64,000 nucleotides of DNA from a virus: IMG/VR virus record IMGVR_UViG_3300004807_000021, positions 1 through 64,000 of that record; one strand, 5' to 3'. How positions within the stretch are numbered: the first letter of the stretch is position 1; every line of letters begins with the position of its first letter. Made by a program: the position numbers and the translations under genes. The notes below the pieces were generated by a model. The model had not been told where the DNA came from and made no database searches. It saw nothing but the letters and a program-made list of their open reading frames with translations. Positions 21,993-30,483 of this stretch are shown piece by piece.

Positions 21993-23048
21993 TTATCCAA
22001 ATATTAATGCCGCTGTGATGCTTAAATTTTGTACTTGTGTCAAAGTTAATCCACCACTGGTAGTTCCTGCAGGTTGCCATGCGGCTGTTGCTGTATTGTA
22101 GTTTTCTAAATATTGTAAATCTGTATTGTATCTAATCATACCAGCAGTTCCAACTGGACGCTGTAGAGTTGTTCCGCTAGGAATAACAACACCATTTGTA
22201 CCTTGTAGCACTACATAGCCAGTACCTGATTCTGTAAACACAGTGTTAGAATTGGCCACTGTGTTTGTTATTGTGTTGTTATAAATTCTAAAATTACCTA
22301 GAAAAACACCACCAGCTCCGCTAGTTGTTAGATTAATATCTGTATCTGCACTAGCAGTTGTAATTGTGTTTCCGCTTAGAACCAAATTGCCCACATTTAA
22401 TGTAGTAGCGTTCAAAGTAGGCAATGTTAATGCATTACTGATGTTTAGTGTGTTGGCATACAAACTATTCCACTGTAGTGCATTGCTACCTAAGTTATAA
22501 GTGTTAGTTGCGCTGGGAATAATATCACTGTTTACTTCACCAGTAAAAGTAATAGTGTCAGTTGTTTGATTACCTAGGCTGATATTACCATCAGCTGTAA
22601 TGGTGCCAGTGGCATGCAAATTACCATTAATCAGTGTATTACTATTGATAATAGTAGTACCTGTACCTGTTGGGGTTATATTAATGTTGGTATTTGTACC
22701 AGTAGCACTGATTGTGCTTCCTGCAATGCTAAACTGACCAACTGTGATAGTTCCTTGGTAAACTACACCGTTACCATTATTTGGAACAAGATTGATTGTA
22801 TTGCTTGTGCTGGCAATAGTGCTGCCAGATATAGTAAACGAAGCCAATTGGGCCTGTGTGTTTACTGTTAAATTTGTTGTTCTTGTAGTTCCGACTACTT
22901 GTAGGTCATTGGAAGGCGTTGTTGTATTAATGCCCACGCGGCTGTTTACAACATCTAGATAAAGTAAGTTCGTCTCAAAAGCTAAATTTACTCCGTTGCG
23001 AAGCAAATTATCTTTTAAGAGCGGACCCGAAATTCGACCAACAGCCAT
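21993..23048 (-). CDS. Virion structural / short fibre protein
   Basis: N-terminal GRISGPLLKDNLLRNG and C-terminal IPSGTTLQRP...GMIRYNT motif; AAGGAG SD. Confidence 0.7.
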   Translation of the reverse strand: MAVGRISGPLLKDNLLRNGVNLAFETNLLYLDVVNSRVGINTTTPSNDLQVVGTTRTTNLTVNTQAQLASFTISGSTIASTSNTINLVPNNGNGVVYQGTITVGQFSIAGSTISATGTNTNINITPTGTGTTIINSNTLINGNLHATGTITADGNISLGNQTTDTITFTGEVNSDIIPSATNTYNLGSNALQWNSLYANTLNISNALTLPTLNATTLNVGNLVLSGNTITTASADTDINLTTSGAGGVFLGNFRIYNNTITNTVANSNTVFTESGTGYVVLQGTNGVVIPSGTTLQRPVGTAGMIRYNTDLQYLENYNTATAAWQPAGTTSGGLTLTQVQNLSITAALIFG

Positions 23049-23168
23049 TTACGCTCCTTTGACCCCGTGTTTCACGGTTAACCACTTTTTCAGCTGGACG
23101 CTCTTAGCGGGTTTACCACTGTTTAATATCGTAGAACCTTTGGTCAAGCTCTACAGTAATAGTATTTA
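23049..23168 (-). promoter_or_regulatory. Late promoter (TAAATA 23163-23168) plus structured ~110-nt 5' leader with candidate pseudoknot at the RBS
   Basis: Stem GTAGAGCT/GGTTCTAC. Loop TTGACC is complementary to GGTCAA, which abuts the AAGGAG SD. Two copies of AGTGGTWAACC. Confidence 0.5.
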
Positions 23169-23182
23169 GCTGTTTGGACTTT

Positions 23183-25084
23183 TTAGCCTAGTATTAGGCT
23201 CCAAATTGTGGTCTGGTCGCTTTCTACACTAGAGCTGGCACTGACGCCTGCAAGATTTTGCCAGCTGGTTCCATTCCATATTTCATTGGTTTGGATGGTA
23301 GTATTATAACGAGTCATTCCAAGTTGAGGGCTTGCAGGTTGCTCTGCTGTAGAGCCTGCCGGTATTTCTATAGCACCGGTACCGCTGAATACAGTATAAC
23401 CAATACCAGTGTTGATAATTTCTAAAGGAAGTGCTGTAACTTCTGCGGCTATGATAACAGAATTTTCTGCAACAATAATATAAGACCCAGATTCAGCAGT
23501 AAAGTAAGGACTGCTAAAACTTGGATTGTTGATCGTGTTGCCAGAAAATAATGCAGAACCATTGATTTTAACTTGCCCAATACCTAGGGTGGACAGATTC
23601 AAATCTGCTGTACCATCTCCTATCTTATTGCTCGATATGCTGATATTTCCAGCAGTCAATGCAGTTGTAGTAACAGTATTCGAAGTTAGTGCAGACGATA
23701 AGTTTGCATTTTTAAGCCATACATTATTCCACTCAAGTGCGCTGGAACCAAGATTATAGCTGGCGCTTTGAGTATAAGACGCACCTGGATTAGTGAATAA
23801 GCCAATGCTAGTTTGAGTTGTTAGTGCATTGCCCAGTTGATCGGTTATTGCTACAGTTACCGGTGTAATTGTAGTTGTTCCTGCTAAGGGAATAATGTCA
23901 CTGGCTACTTCTGCTGGAATCGAAATCCTGTCGGTAACTGCATCGCCCAACTGAATATTTCCATCAAAGGTAATGTCACCGGTAGCATGGAGAGCACCAT
24001 TTACTAGAGTATTTGAATTAATCTGAGTAATACCGCCAGTAGTTCCTTGTAGTATAGTTGAAACACTGTCTAAATAAAATATAGCGTTGTCATTTCTCAA
24101 ACTAAAAGTCAGTACATCTGATCCAGAAGCTGTGACAGTAAATGAATATTTGGTATATTCCCAATAGCTAGATGCCGGTGAGCTGTAGGGTAAGCTGGGC
24201 CCAGTTCCAACAGGGCTTCCACCTGTTAATGCAACACCATTCCATAAAACTGAAAAATCTGCTTGTCCAGAATTTGTTGCTGGAACTACTGAAAGGATGT
24301 TATTTGCATCTTCAGTGGTCATTATTGAACTGCTATCTTCTGTAGTTAAAAACAGATTAATGGTGTTTTTTAGAGCAAAAGTTATTATATAGGTCTGACC
24401 AACAGCCGTTGCAAGTGTCTGCGATACTGTAGATTTTGTTATGTAAGAACTTGCAGATAATGCATAGTTGCCTGTAGCGGCATTTGTGCTATCTGCTATC
24501 GTAATAGTTGAAACAGATCCTAGTACAGTCCAGCCAGACAATGTTCCAGTTTCAAAATCTCCATTTGTTACATAATTTGGATTCTGAAACGGTGTAATGT
24601 TTATATTAGCATTGGCTGTGCCTGTTATGGTATTGGTTGCAAAATTTAAGTTGGCAGTATTAAGTCCGCCGTTAACAGCTATCGTTGGATTACTAGACTG
24701 ATTAGGATATAGAGTAATCGGAAGATTATAAGTGTTAAAAATTTGATTGGTAGTTATTTGAAATCCAACACCCAGATCTGCTTCTGTATCTACAATAAGA
24801 TTATCTGTTGTGGCAGAGCCGCCCATGTCAAGCGCACGAACTGGTGTGCTATTTTTAATACCAACAAATCCACTGTTAACACTTAGATACAGTAAATCAG
24901 TTTCAAAAGATAAATCGTGTCCGTTACGTAGTAAATTAGCTGACAACAAAGGTCCGCTGATTCTTCCAAACTCACGACCAGCTTGGCCAAAGGGGTTATT
25001 TTGCGGCAAGACTGCCGCAGGAGAGACTGCTTGTGGTAGACTTACGCTTTTTGCGCTTATCTTTGGAGATATTTTATGGGCCAT
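23183..25084 (-). CDS. Virion structural protein, paralog of 21993..23048 with an inserted carbohydrate-binding-like domain
   Basis: Same GRISGPLL..NLLRNG and GMxRYNT motifs. Extra domain begins VTNGDFETG.LSGW. Confidence 0.7.
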   Translation of the reverse strand: MAHKISPKISAKSVSLPQAVSPAAVLPQNNPFGQAGREFGRISGPLLSANLLRNGHDLSFETDLLYLSVNSGFVGIKNSTPVRALDMGGSATTDNLIVDTEADLGVGFQITTNQIFNTYNLPITLYPNQSSNPTIAVNGGLNTANLNFATNTITGTANANINITPFQNPNYVTNGDFETGTLSGWTVLGSVSTITIADSTNAATGNYALSASSYITKSTVSQTLATAVGQTYIITFALKNTINLFLTTEDSSSIMTTEDANNILSVVPATNSGQADFSVLWNGVALTGGSPVGTGPSLPYSSPASSYWEYTKYSFTVTASGSDVLTFSLRNDNAIFYLDSVSTILQGTTGGITQINSNTLVNGALHATGDITFDGNIQLGDAVTDRISIPAEVASDIIPLAGTTTITPVTVAITDQLGNALTTQTSIGLFTNPGASYTQSASYNLGSSALEWNNVWLKNANLSSALTSNTVTTTALTAGNISISSNKIGDGTADLNLSTLGIGQVKINGSALFSGNTINNPSFSSPYFTAESGSYIIVAENSVIIAAEVTALPLEIINTGIGYTVFSGTGAIEIPAGSTAEQPASPQLGMTRYNTTIQTNEIWNGTSWQNLAGVSASSSVESDQTTIWSLILG

Positions 25085-25094
25085 AATTGACCTC

Positions 25095-26114
25095 TTATTG
25101 ATCGAATCCGATCAAGACCGTAACAACTTTTCCTATTGGTACAGGAGTTGTAAATTGTAAGTAGTATTCACCAGTGGCTACAGTTCTAGTAGACTCTACT
25201 AGAGTTAGTCCGGTATTTGTGGCTATTGTTGCGTTTGTTGTTTTGTTAAGAGTAATACTAGTTAACGCATCTGTTACAGAATCTATAGTATAGCTAGATA
25301 CCGTAGTAGCTGATTGTATACCAGTTCCTGATACTGTTGATCCTACTAGATTAATAGTTGGGAATGTTGCAGTTTTACTAGTAATATTACCAGGAAAAGT
25401 CATAGTTGTGTTAAATGTACTATTATAAGTTACAGAGTTGGTAGTACAAGAAACAACAGTATAATTGCCATTGTAGCCTTGAGGAATAAATCCAGTCACT
25501 ACAATAATTGAACCTACTGCAAAAGGTGCGGCACTTTGAGTAGGAAATGTTAAAGTCACTAGTGAACCACTGCCGCTTGCACCAGTTGCTGTTAAACTGC
25601 TGTTCAAATAAAGCACGTTTGATCCGCTCGAAGTTGCTATACTGGTTGTAACAGTATAGGTTTCACTAGAAAATGTTGGATTTTGAACAACTGTATAGTT
25701 GATATTGTTTAACTGAATAACGTTTTCAACTACAACAATTAAATTTTGTCCGCCCCATGTACTGTTGCTGGATACTATACTAGGTGGGCGAGGGCTTAAT
25801 GGTCCAAAGATTGTATTAACATCATCGCCAGCACCGAGATTTTGTTGTGTTATTCCAGTTGACTCTTTGAATCTCAAACTTCTCCAAGCATTGTTTTGAT
25901 AAATTTCTACTTCGCCGCCTGTATCAACATCTGTATTGTAACGCATCATACCATTAATTGGACTGCTAGGACGTTGTGCGCTAGTTCCAGAAGGTAACAC
26001 TACACTACCTAGATTGACTGGACTTAAAATCACATTCGTGTCAGTATAATCCACATACACACTGGTGTGATTAGCTGTTCTACGATTTAAGTTTTGTTGT
26101 TTTAAGTATCTCAT
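25095..26114 (-). CDS. Virion structural protein
   Basis: LPSGTSAQRP...GMMRYNT motif shared with neighbours, plus an inserted TLTF...PF.VG...GYNG module. Confidence 0.65.
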   Translation of the reverse strand: MRYLKQQNLNRRTANHTSVYVDYTDTNVILSPVNLGSVVLPSGTSAQRPSSPINGMMRYNTDVDTGGEVEIYQNNAWRSLRFKESTGITQQNLGAGDDVNTIFGPLSPRPPSIVSSNSTWGGQNLIVVVENVIQLNNINYTVVQNPTFSSETYTVTTSIATSSGSNVLYLNSSLTATGASGSGSLVTLTFPTQSAAPFAVGSIIVVTGFIPQGYNGNYTVVSCTTNSVTYNSTFNTTMTFPGNITSKTATFPTINLVGSTVSGTGIQSATTVSSYTIDSVTDALTSITLNKTTNATIATNTGLTLVESTRTVATGEYYLQFTTPVPIGKVVTVLIGFDQ

Positions 26115-26458
26115 TATACGGCCAAAGTGCTCACTGTCACTGTTAAAATATTTGCCACACTGGCTTTTGCCACTAGCAGATCATTGTTGCCTAATACTAA
26201 TTTTTCTTGATCTAAACTTACAGTTTCTGTTGGCGGAATAGTAATAGCGTTAATAATCATATTATTAACACCAGCCGTTCCTTGAGATCCTCCTGCATTT
26301 GGTACTGCATATAAAGTAAATGTTGCAGACGTGCTTGAACTAGTATTACAAATCATTATAGTTGTAATGGCATTTCCCAGCACTGGAGAAACTGCTGTGC
26401 TAGTAAACACTGTAGTGTTTGTATTTGCTGTTGAAATTAAAGTCGATGTTAGTGCCAT
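26114..26458 (-). CDS. Small beta-rich virion protein
   Basis: 114 aa with AGGA SD. Its stop overlaps the next start. Paralog of 21624..21989. Confidence 0.6.
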   Translation of the reverse strand: MALTSTLISTANTNTTVFTSTAVSPVLGNAITTIMICNTSSSTSATFTLYAVPNAGGSQGTAGVNNMIINAITIPPTETVSLDQEKLVLGNNDLLVAKASVANILTVTVSTLAV

Positions 26459-26467
26459 TGCTATTCC

Positions 26468-27454
26468 TTATAATAAAATACTTAGTGCTACAGCTCGACT
26501 TCTGCTGACTAATTCGTCTGGAGTTTGTGACGCATTGTTATTGTTAAAAAACAATCCTGTTTTTCCTGGTCCAGGAGTGGCTTTAGAATATAAATTAGTA
26601 GTACCTGCAACTATGCTTGGGTCTGCTCCTTGATCGTTTAATGTAAGAACACCGTTCAATTCTATTTTTCCAGTATTGGCTTGTAGAACTAAATTGTTGC
26701 TGTTACTTCCAGTATTACTAATGCTGTTTTGATATACAGTAATATTGCCCATGGTAAAACCACCGCTGGCCAATGTTGCCTGTGTAATACCGCCCAATTG
26801 AAAAACAATACTAGAAGCAAATGCCTGTACACTTGCAGTTGCATCAACTAGTGGTGTTACTGTAGGATACCATAATGCACTAACTGCAATAGTTCCTGCG
26901 GCATTTTGTACATACTGTTGTACATATTTTCTGTTAGGAATATCATTATCGTTAAGCACACGAGCTTCATAACTGCCGCCGTTGGCTATTCTAAGTACAT
27001 AGGGATTATTTTGAAAATCAAAAACAAAGTTGCTGGTACTTGGAGTTACCAATGTAGCTAATTGTAATCCAGATGGAATTCCATCTGCGGTCTTAGCTGT
27101 AAACGTACCTGCTAGATTTGTGCTAGTGCTTGGATTGTAGTGACTGACATTTTCGTCGAATAAAAATGTTGCTGTGCTACGACTTCCTCGCCAAATAGAT
27201 AATCCAGCTTGTCCATTAATTGGACTTGCTGTGGGAATACCATCACCGTTGTAAACATTATTAGGATCGTAATTGATCTGTATAAGATTGTCTTGTATAA
27301 TTGCTGTAGTGCTTTCAATATTAGTTTGAGCACCCATTACATCAAGATTGCCCGTGATGGTCACTGTACCAGTAGTACCTGGATCGAGAATAATGTTCCC
27401 GCCAGACAATACTCTGATTCGATAATCACCACTGAGGTTTAAGACTCTTGACAT
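26468..27454 (-). CDS. Virion structural / fibre-like protein
   Basis: 328-aa beta-rich ORF (VTITGNLDVMG...DNLIQIN) in the structural operon. Confidence 0.6.
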   Translation of the reverse strand: MSRVLNLSGDYRIRVLSGGNIILDPGTTGTVTITGNLDVMGAQTNIESTTAIIQDNLIQINYDPNNVYNGDGIPTASPINGQAGLSIWRGSRSTATFLFDENVSHYNPSTSTNLAGTFTAKTADGIPSGLQLATLVTPSTSNFVFDFQNNPYVLRIANGGSYEARVLNDNDIPNRKYVQQYVQNAAGTIAVSALWYPTVTPLVDATASVQAFASSIVFQLGGITQATLASGGFTMGNITVYQNSISNTGSNSNNLVLQANTGKIELNGVLTLNDQGADPSIVAGTTNLYSKATPGPGKTGLFFNNNNASQTPDELVSRSRAVALSILL

Positions 27455-27468
27455 TGTGTATCCTTAAG

Positions 27469-27486
27469 TAGGAGCCGAAGCCCCTA
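27469..27486 (-). terminator. cUUCGg hairpin (weak terminator or RNA-stabilising stem)
   Basis: The minus strand reads TAGGGGC-TTCG-GCTCCTA just after the stop of 27494..29263. The U-tract is poor. Confidence 0.5.
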
Positions 27487-27493
27487 TTGGTTA

Positions 27494-29263
27494 TTAAGCG
27501 TTGTCGATCTTAACAGAAACGTTGGCTGTTGGTGCACCAAATGTCCAGTTAACTGTTGATCCATCTGTAAACTGTGTACCTGTATTACGAGTTACACGGC
27601 AACGACGATTAGTAATCTTAGTTACCCAATATGTACCACCAGCGGAATCAGTAGCGTTGATAGCCATTGTTCCACCAACTGTTGGGAAAGTGTTAACTAA
27701 TTTAGCGTAGAATACACCGTCAGAACTTTCAACACGGAAACGTTGTGTGTTTTCTTGTTTGATAATGTCTGTATCTTGACGAACAACACCGCCTGTTGTA
27801 ATTAATGACTGTGCTTGGATAGCGGCATAGTTACCAGTATAACCAGTTGTTACCTGTGCGGCAAATGTCATTGTTGCAACTGCGACACCTGAACCAAATG
27901 TGATTGCTGTGTTACCACTTACTACTGTAGTAATTGTCAAACTTGATGCTGAAGTTACCACTGCGGCACTACCACCTACTGAGCTACTTAGAACAATTTC
28001 AGTTGATCCGTTAACTGCAATAATGTAGTATGTACCAGCCGTCAAGCTACCGCCTGAACCAGTTGTAACAACCTTCATACCTGGAACTAATTGGTCTGTG
28101 GAACTTACTGTTTCTTTGTACAATACAATTGATAAACCAGTTACTGCACCTGCGGCACCACCTGATAGTGCTGTACCGTCAAGTTTTGTCAATGTTAAAG
28201 TACTTGTACCATTAGTAGCACTGACCAAATAACTGTTGCCAGATGCAAAGCCGCTGTCGATGAATGCTGTGTTGCCGCCTGGTGTGCCAGTAAACGAAAC
28301 AACTTGACCAACATAGAATGTATTAGCAGATTGTGCTGTACCCAATGTGATTGAGTTGAAAGGTGTAGCACCAACTGTGATTGTACCATAAGTACCACTA
28401 GCAATAGTTGTTGCAGTTGTAGCACTAATACCAGGAGTTACTGGAACTGTGTTGATATAGCCGTTACCAGCATTAGAATATGACACACCATTAACACCAA
28501 ATGTTGCTGGGGCGATTGTCAAACCAGAACCAAATGCGGCTGTAGTTGCTTGAGCGGCAGCTAGACCAGATGTAACACCTGACTGAGCGTATGTACCGCC
28601 CGATACTACTGCTACAGAAGCTACTGATGCATAAGTTGTACCAATTGTTAGTGTTAGAGTACCTGTTGGTGTACCACCAGCAATACTAATTGCGGCGCCA
28701 CCGTAAGATGCACTTAGAGTCACTGTTGAACTTGATGTTACACTTGTTGTAATGTAATATGTTGAGCCAGCTGTTAGACCAGTTGAGCCAGTCAAACCAG
28801 CGTTAAATATAACGCTTGTTCCAGCCAAAGCTGTAATTGTACCACCAGATAATGTCATTACACCGCCCGATGTAATACTAGCAATGCTAAAACCACTGTA
28901 AGTTGTTAGTGTTGGAGTATATGTGCTTGTAACACCACCATACGTAACCGAAATGCTACCAGCTGTTGGGGCATAAGCTGTTGTTTGTGAACCAACTGCG
29001 TTAGTTGTACCAGTTAAAATAGTAAATGTTGGTGTACCAACTGCTGTTACAGCACCTTCGCCAGATAGTGCTGGCTTTGGAAATGTTGTTGTTAGAGCGG
29101 CAGCCTGCGATTGAGTATAAGAACCAGCTGTTGTAACGTTTGCGTTAAGAGCTTTTAGACCACCTAAGTCGTAGTCTGTTGGCAACAAGTTTGTGTTACC
29201 AAATGTGCCTGCGGCACCTGTATTACGTTTACCAATATATTTTTTATTTAAGGGACGTCCCAT
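27494..29263 (-). CDS. Virion structural protein (MGRPLNKK N-terminus; Thr/Gly/Ser-rich modules)
   Basis: 589-aa ORF with strong AGGAG SD and its own late promoter. Basic N-terminus, charged C-terminal domain, low-complexity beta modules between. Confidence 0.65.
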   Translation of the reverse strand: MGRPLNKKYIGKRNTGAAGTFGNTNLLPTDYDLGGLKALNANVTTAGSYTQSQAAALTTTFPKPALSGEGAVTAVGTPTFTILTGTTNAVGSQTTAYAPTAGSISVTYGGVTSTYTPTLTTYSGFSIASITSGGVMTLSGGTITALAGTSVIFNAGLTGSTGLTAGSTYYITTSVTSSSTVTLSASYGGAAISIAGGTPTGTLTLTIGTTYASVASVAVVSGGTYAQSGVTSGLAAAQATTAAFGSGLTIAPATFGVNGVSYSNAGNGYINTVPVTPGISATTATTIASGTYGTITVGATPFNSITLGTAQSANTFYVGQVVSFTGTPGGNTAFIDSGFASGNSYLVSATNGTSTLTLTKLDGTALSGGAAGAVTGLSIVLYKETVSSTDQLVPGMKVVTTGSGGSLTAGTYYIIAVNGSTEIVLSSSVGGSAAVVTSASSLTITTVVSGNTAITFGSGVAVATMTFAAQVTTGYTGNYAAIQAQSLITTGGVVRQDTDIIKQENTQRFRVESSDGVFYAKLVNTFPTVGGTMAINATDSAGGTYWVTKITNRRCRVTRNTGTQFTDGSTVNWTFGAPTANVSVKIDNA

Positions 29264-29357
29264 TTTGTTTTCTCCTGTAGAAAAACGGCGTTCTAGGCCG
29301 TACGCAGTTGGATTTCTGCATAAAACTCACCCCATGTGAGTCGTACATTGTATTTAT
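29264..29357 (-). promoter_or_regulatory. Late promoter (ATAAATA 29351-29357) plus three-hairpin 5' leader
   Basis: Minus-strand stems GACTCAC/GTGAGTT, TATGCAG/CTGCGTA and ACGGC/GCCGT packed between the promoter and the SD. Confidence 0.5.
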
Positions 29358-30409
29358 GCGTAGGTGATTCTTAAGCCTGCTTGATGTATATAAGCAAAAT
29401 CGCTATGAGGAAGTACTTGATTACTTCTAAAACTTAACACTACGCCAAACGTTGAATTGGTAATTTGATCTTCGGCTAGACCTAAAAAAGTAGGAATATT
29501 TGTAATTATTCTCACGTTTCCTATGTAAACATAACTAGGATCTTCACGTAGTCCAAAAGTCAATGTTGTAGTGGTATCAGTTGTAGTTACGTGAAATTCA
29601 TGATATTGCCAAGTATTAAGTAATACATTATTTTCGTCCAATAAAACTTGATTGCCCTGTATGTTGGTCATTGTGACCTTGAGTTCTTCTGGAGCATTGA
29701 AATTATAACTGTAAAAACTAACAACTAAATTGTCTCCAAAATTACAACTGACTGTTTGGCTTATGAGTCCCAATTGACTCACTCGGCCTCCTCCAATTAC
29801 ATATTGTGCGCTGAGAGTTGGTACCCCTGACAACGCCGAAACAAGATCTATATTAATTCCGGCACTGATACCAAGAGTCCACCCGGTGAAATCTCCTGTA
29901 CCAAAATCTCCGTTTGTTAATAATTCTGTTGGAGTAAATGTGGTTAAGGGTGCATCTAAACCCCATACATCTGAACCGCTTCCATATATATGATAATCAC
30001 CAACTGGTTGTGGAAGGTCTATAGCATTACCGGTATAGATATCTGTTTGAGCTGGATTAACTGTGGATGCTTTGTTATTGCCTATTAGGGATCCACTATA
30101 GGTAAGTTGTATAATCAAATCTTCAATTCTAGCATTTCGTTGCATGTCCAGTATCAGCTCTATGCCTAAAATTTTCTTACCTGTACTGGGTATATTATAA
30201 CCAGTACACCACAATTGGCTTGTGTTAGATAGATATTTTTCCATCCATATGCCTGATATAGTATATAATGGTTTGTTGCTTACCGCATAAACATTAGGTA
30301 CTAATGCTGTTGGATTGAATTTCCAATCTATACTAGGTATGTTGGTTATTGCATTAAGTATATTAACATTGGCCAACTGCGTGGGATTGTAAACAATAGA
30401 AGTAGTCAT
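29354..30409 (-). CDS. Virion protein with inserted carbohydrate-binding-like domain (start revised to ATG 30409)
   Basis: The track's start (30436) lies inside the capsid terminator. ATG at 30409 follows TAAATA by 4 nt. Contains LLTNGDFGTGDFTGW. Confidence 0.6.
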   Translation of the reverse strand: MTTSIVYNPTQLANVNILNAITNIPSIDWKFNPTALVPNVYAVSNKPLYTISGIWMEKYLSNTSQLWCTGYNIPSTGKKILGIELILDMQRNARIEDLIIQLTYSGSLIGNNKASTVNPAQTDIYTGNAIDLPQPVGDYHIYGSGSDVWGLDAPLTTFTPTELLTNGDFGTGDFTGWTLGISAGINIDLVSALSGVPTLSAQYVIGGGRVSQLGLISQTVSCNFGDNLVVSFYSYNFNAPEELKVTMTNIQGNQVLLDENNVLLNTWQYHEFHVTTTDTTTTLTFGLREDPSYVYIGNVRIITNIPTFLGLAEDQITNSTFGVVLSFRSNQVLPHSDFAYIHQAGLRITYA

Positions 30410-30422
30410 ATTATATTTACCC

Positions 30423-30456
30423 AAACAAAAAGGCATCCGAAGATGCCCTTTGTTTT
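30423..30456 (-). terminator. Intrinsic terminator after the major capsid gene
   Basis: The minus strand reads AAAACAAAGGGCATC-TTCG-GATGCCTTTTTGTTT, a T4-type cUUCGg hairpin plus U-tract. Confidence 0.9.
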
Positions 30457-30483
30457 ATTACAATAATCGCTAGGATTATCAGA

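Noticed and set aside
2207-28425. Many 60-116 aa alternative-frame and antisense ORFs inside the fibre genes
   Set aside because: Expected by-products of biased Thr/Gly/Val/Ser codon usage; none has independent expression signals.
1-30409. Diversity-generating retroelement suggested by the Mtd_N fibre
   Set aside because: No reverse transcriptase and no TR/VR pair differing at adenines was seen in this window. Mtd_N is common in fibres without a DGR.
30410-30436. Track start codon for the 360-aa ORF (MPFCLGKYN...)
   Set aside because: Lies within the capsid terminator and upstream of the gene's own late promoter; ATG 30409 is preferred.
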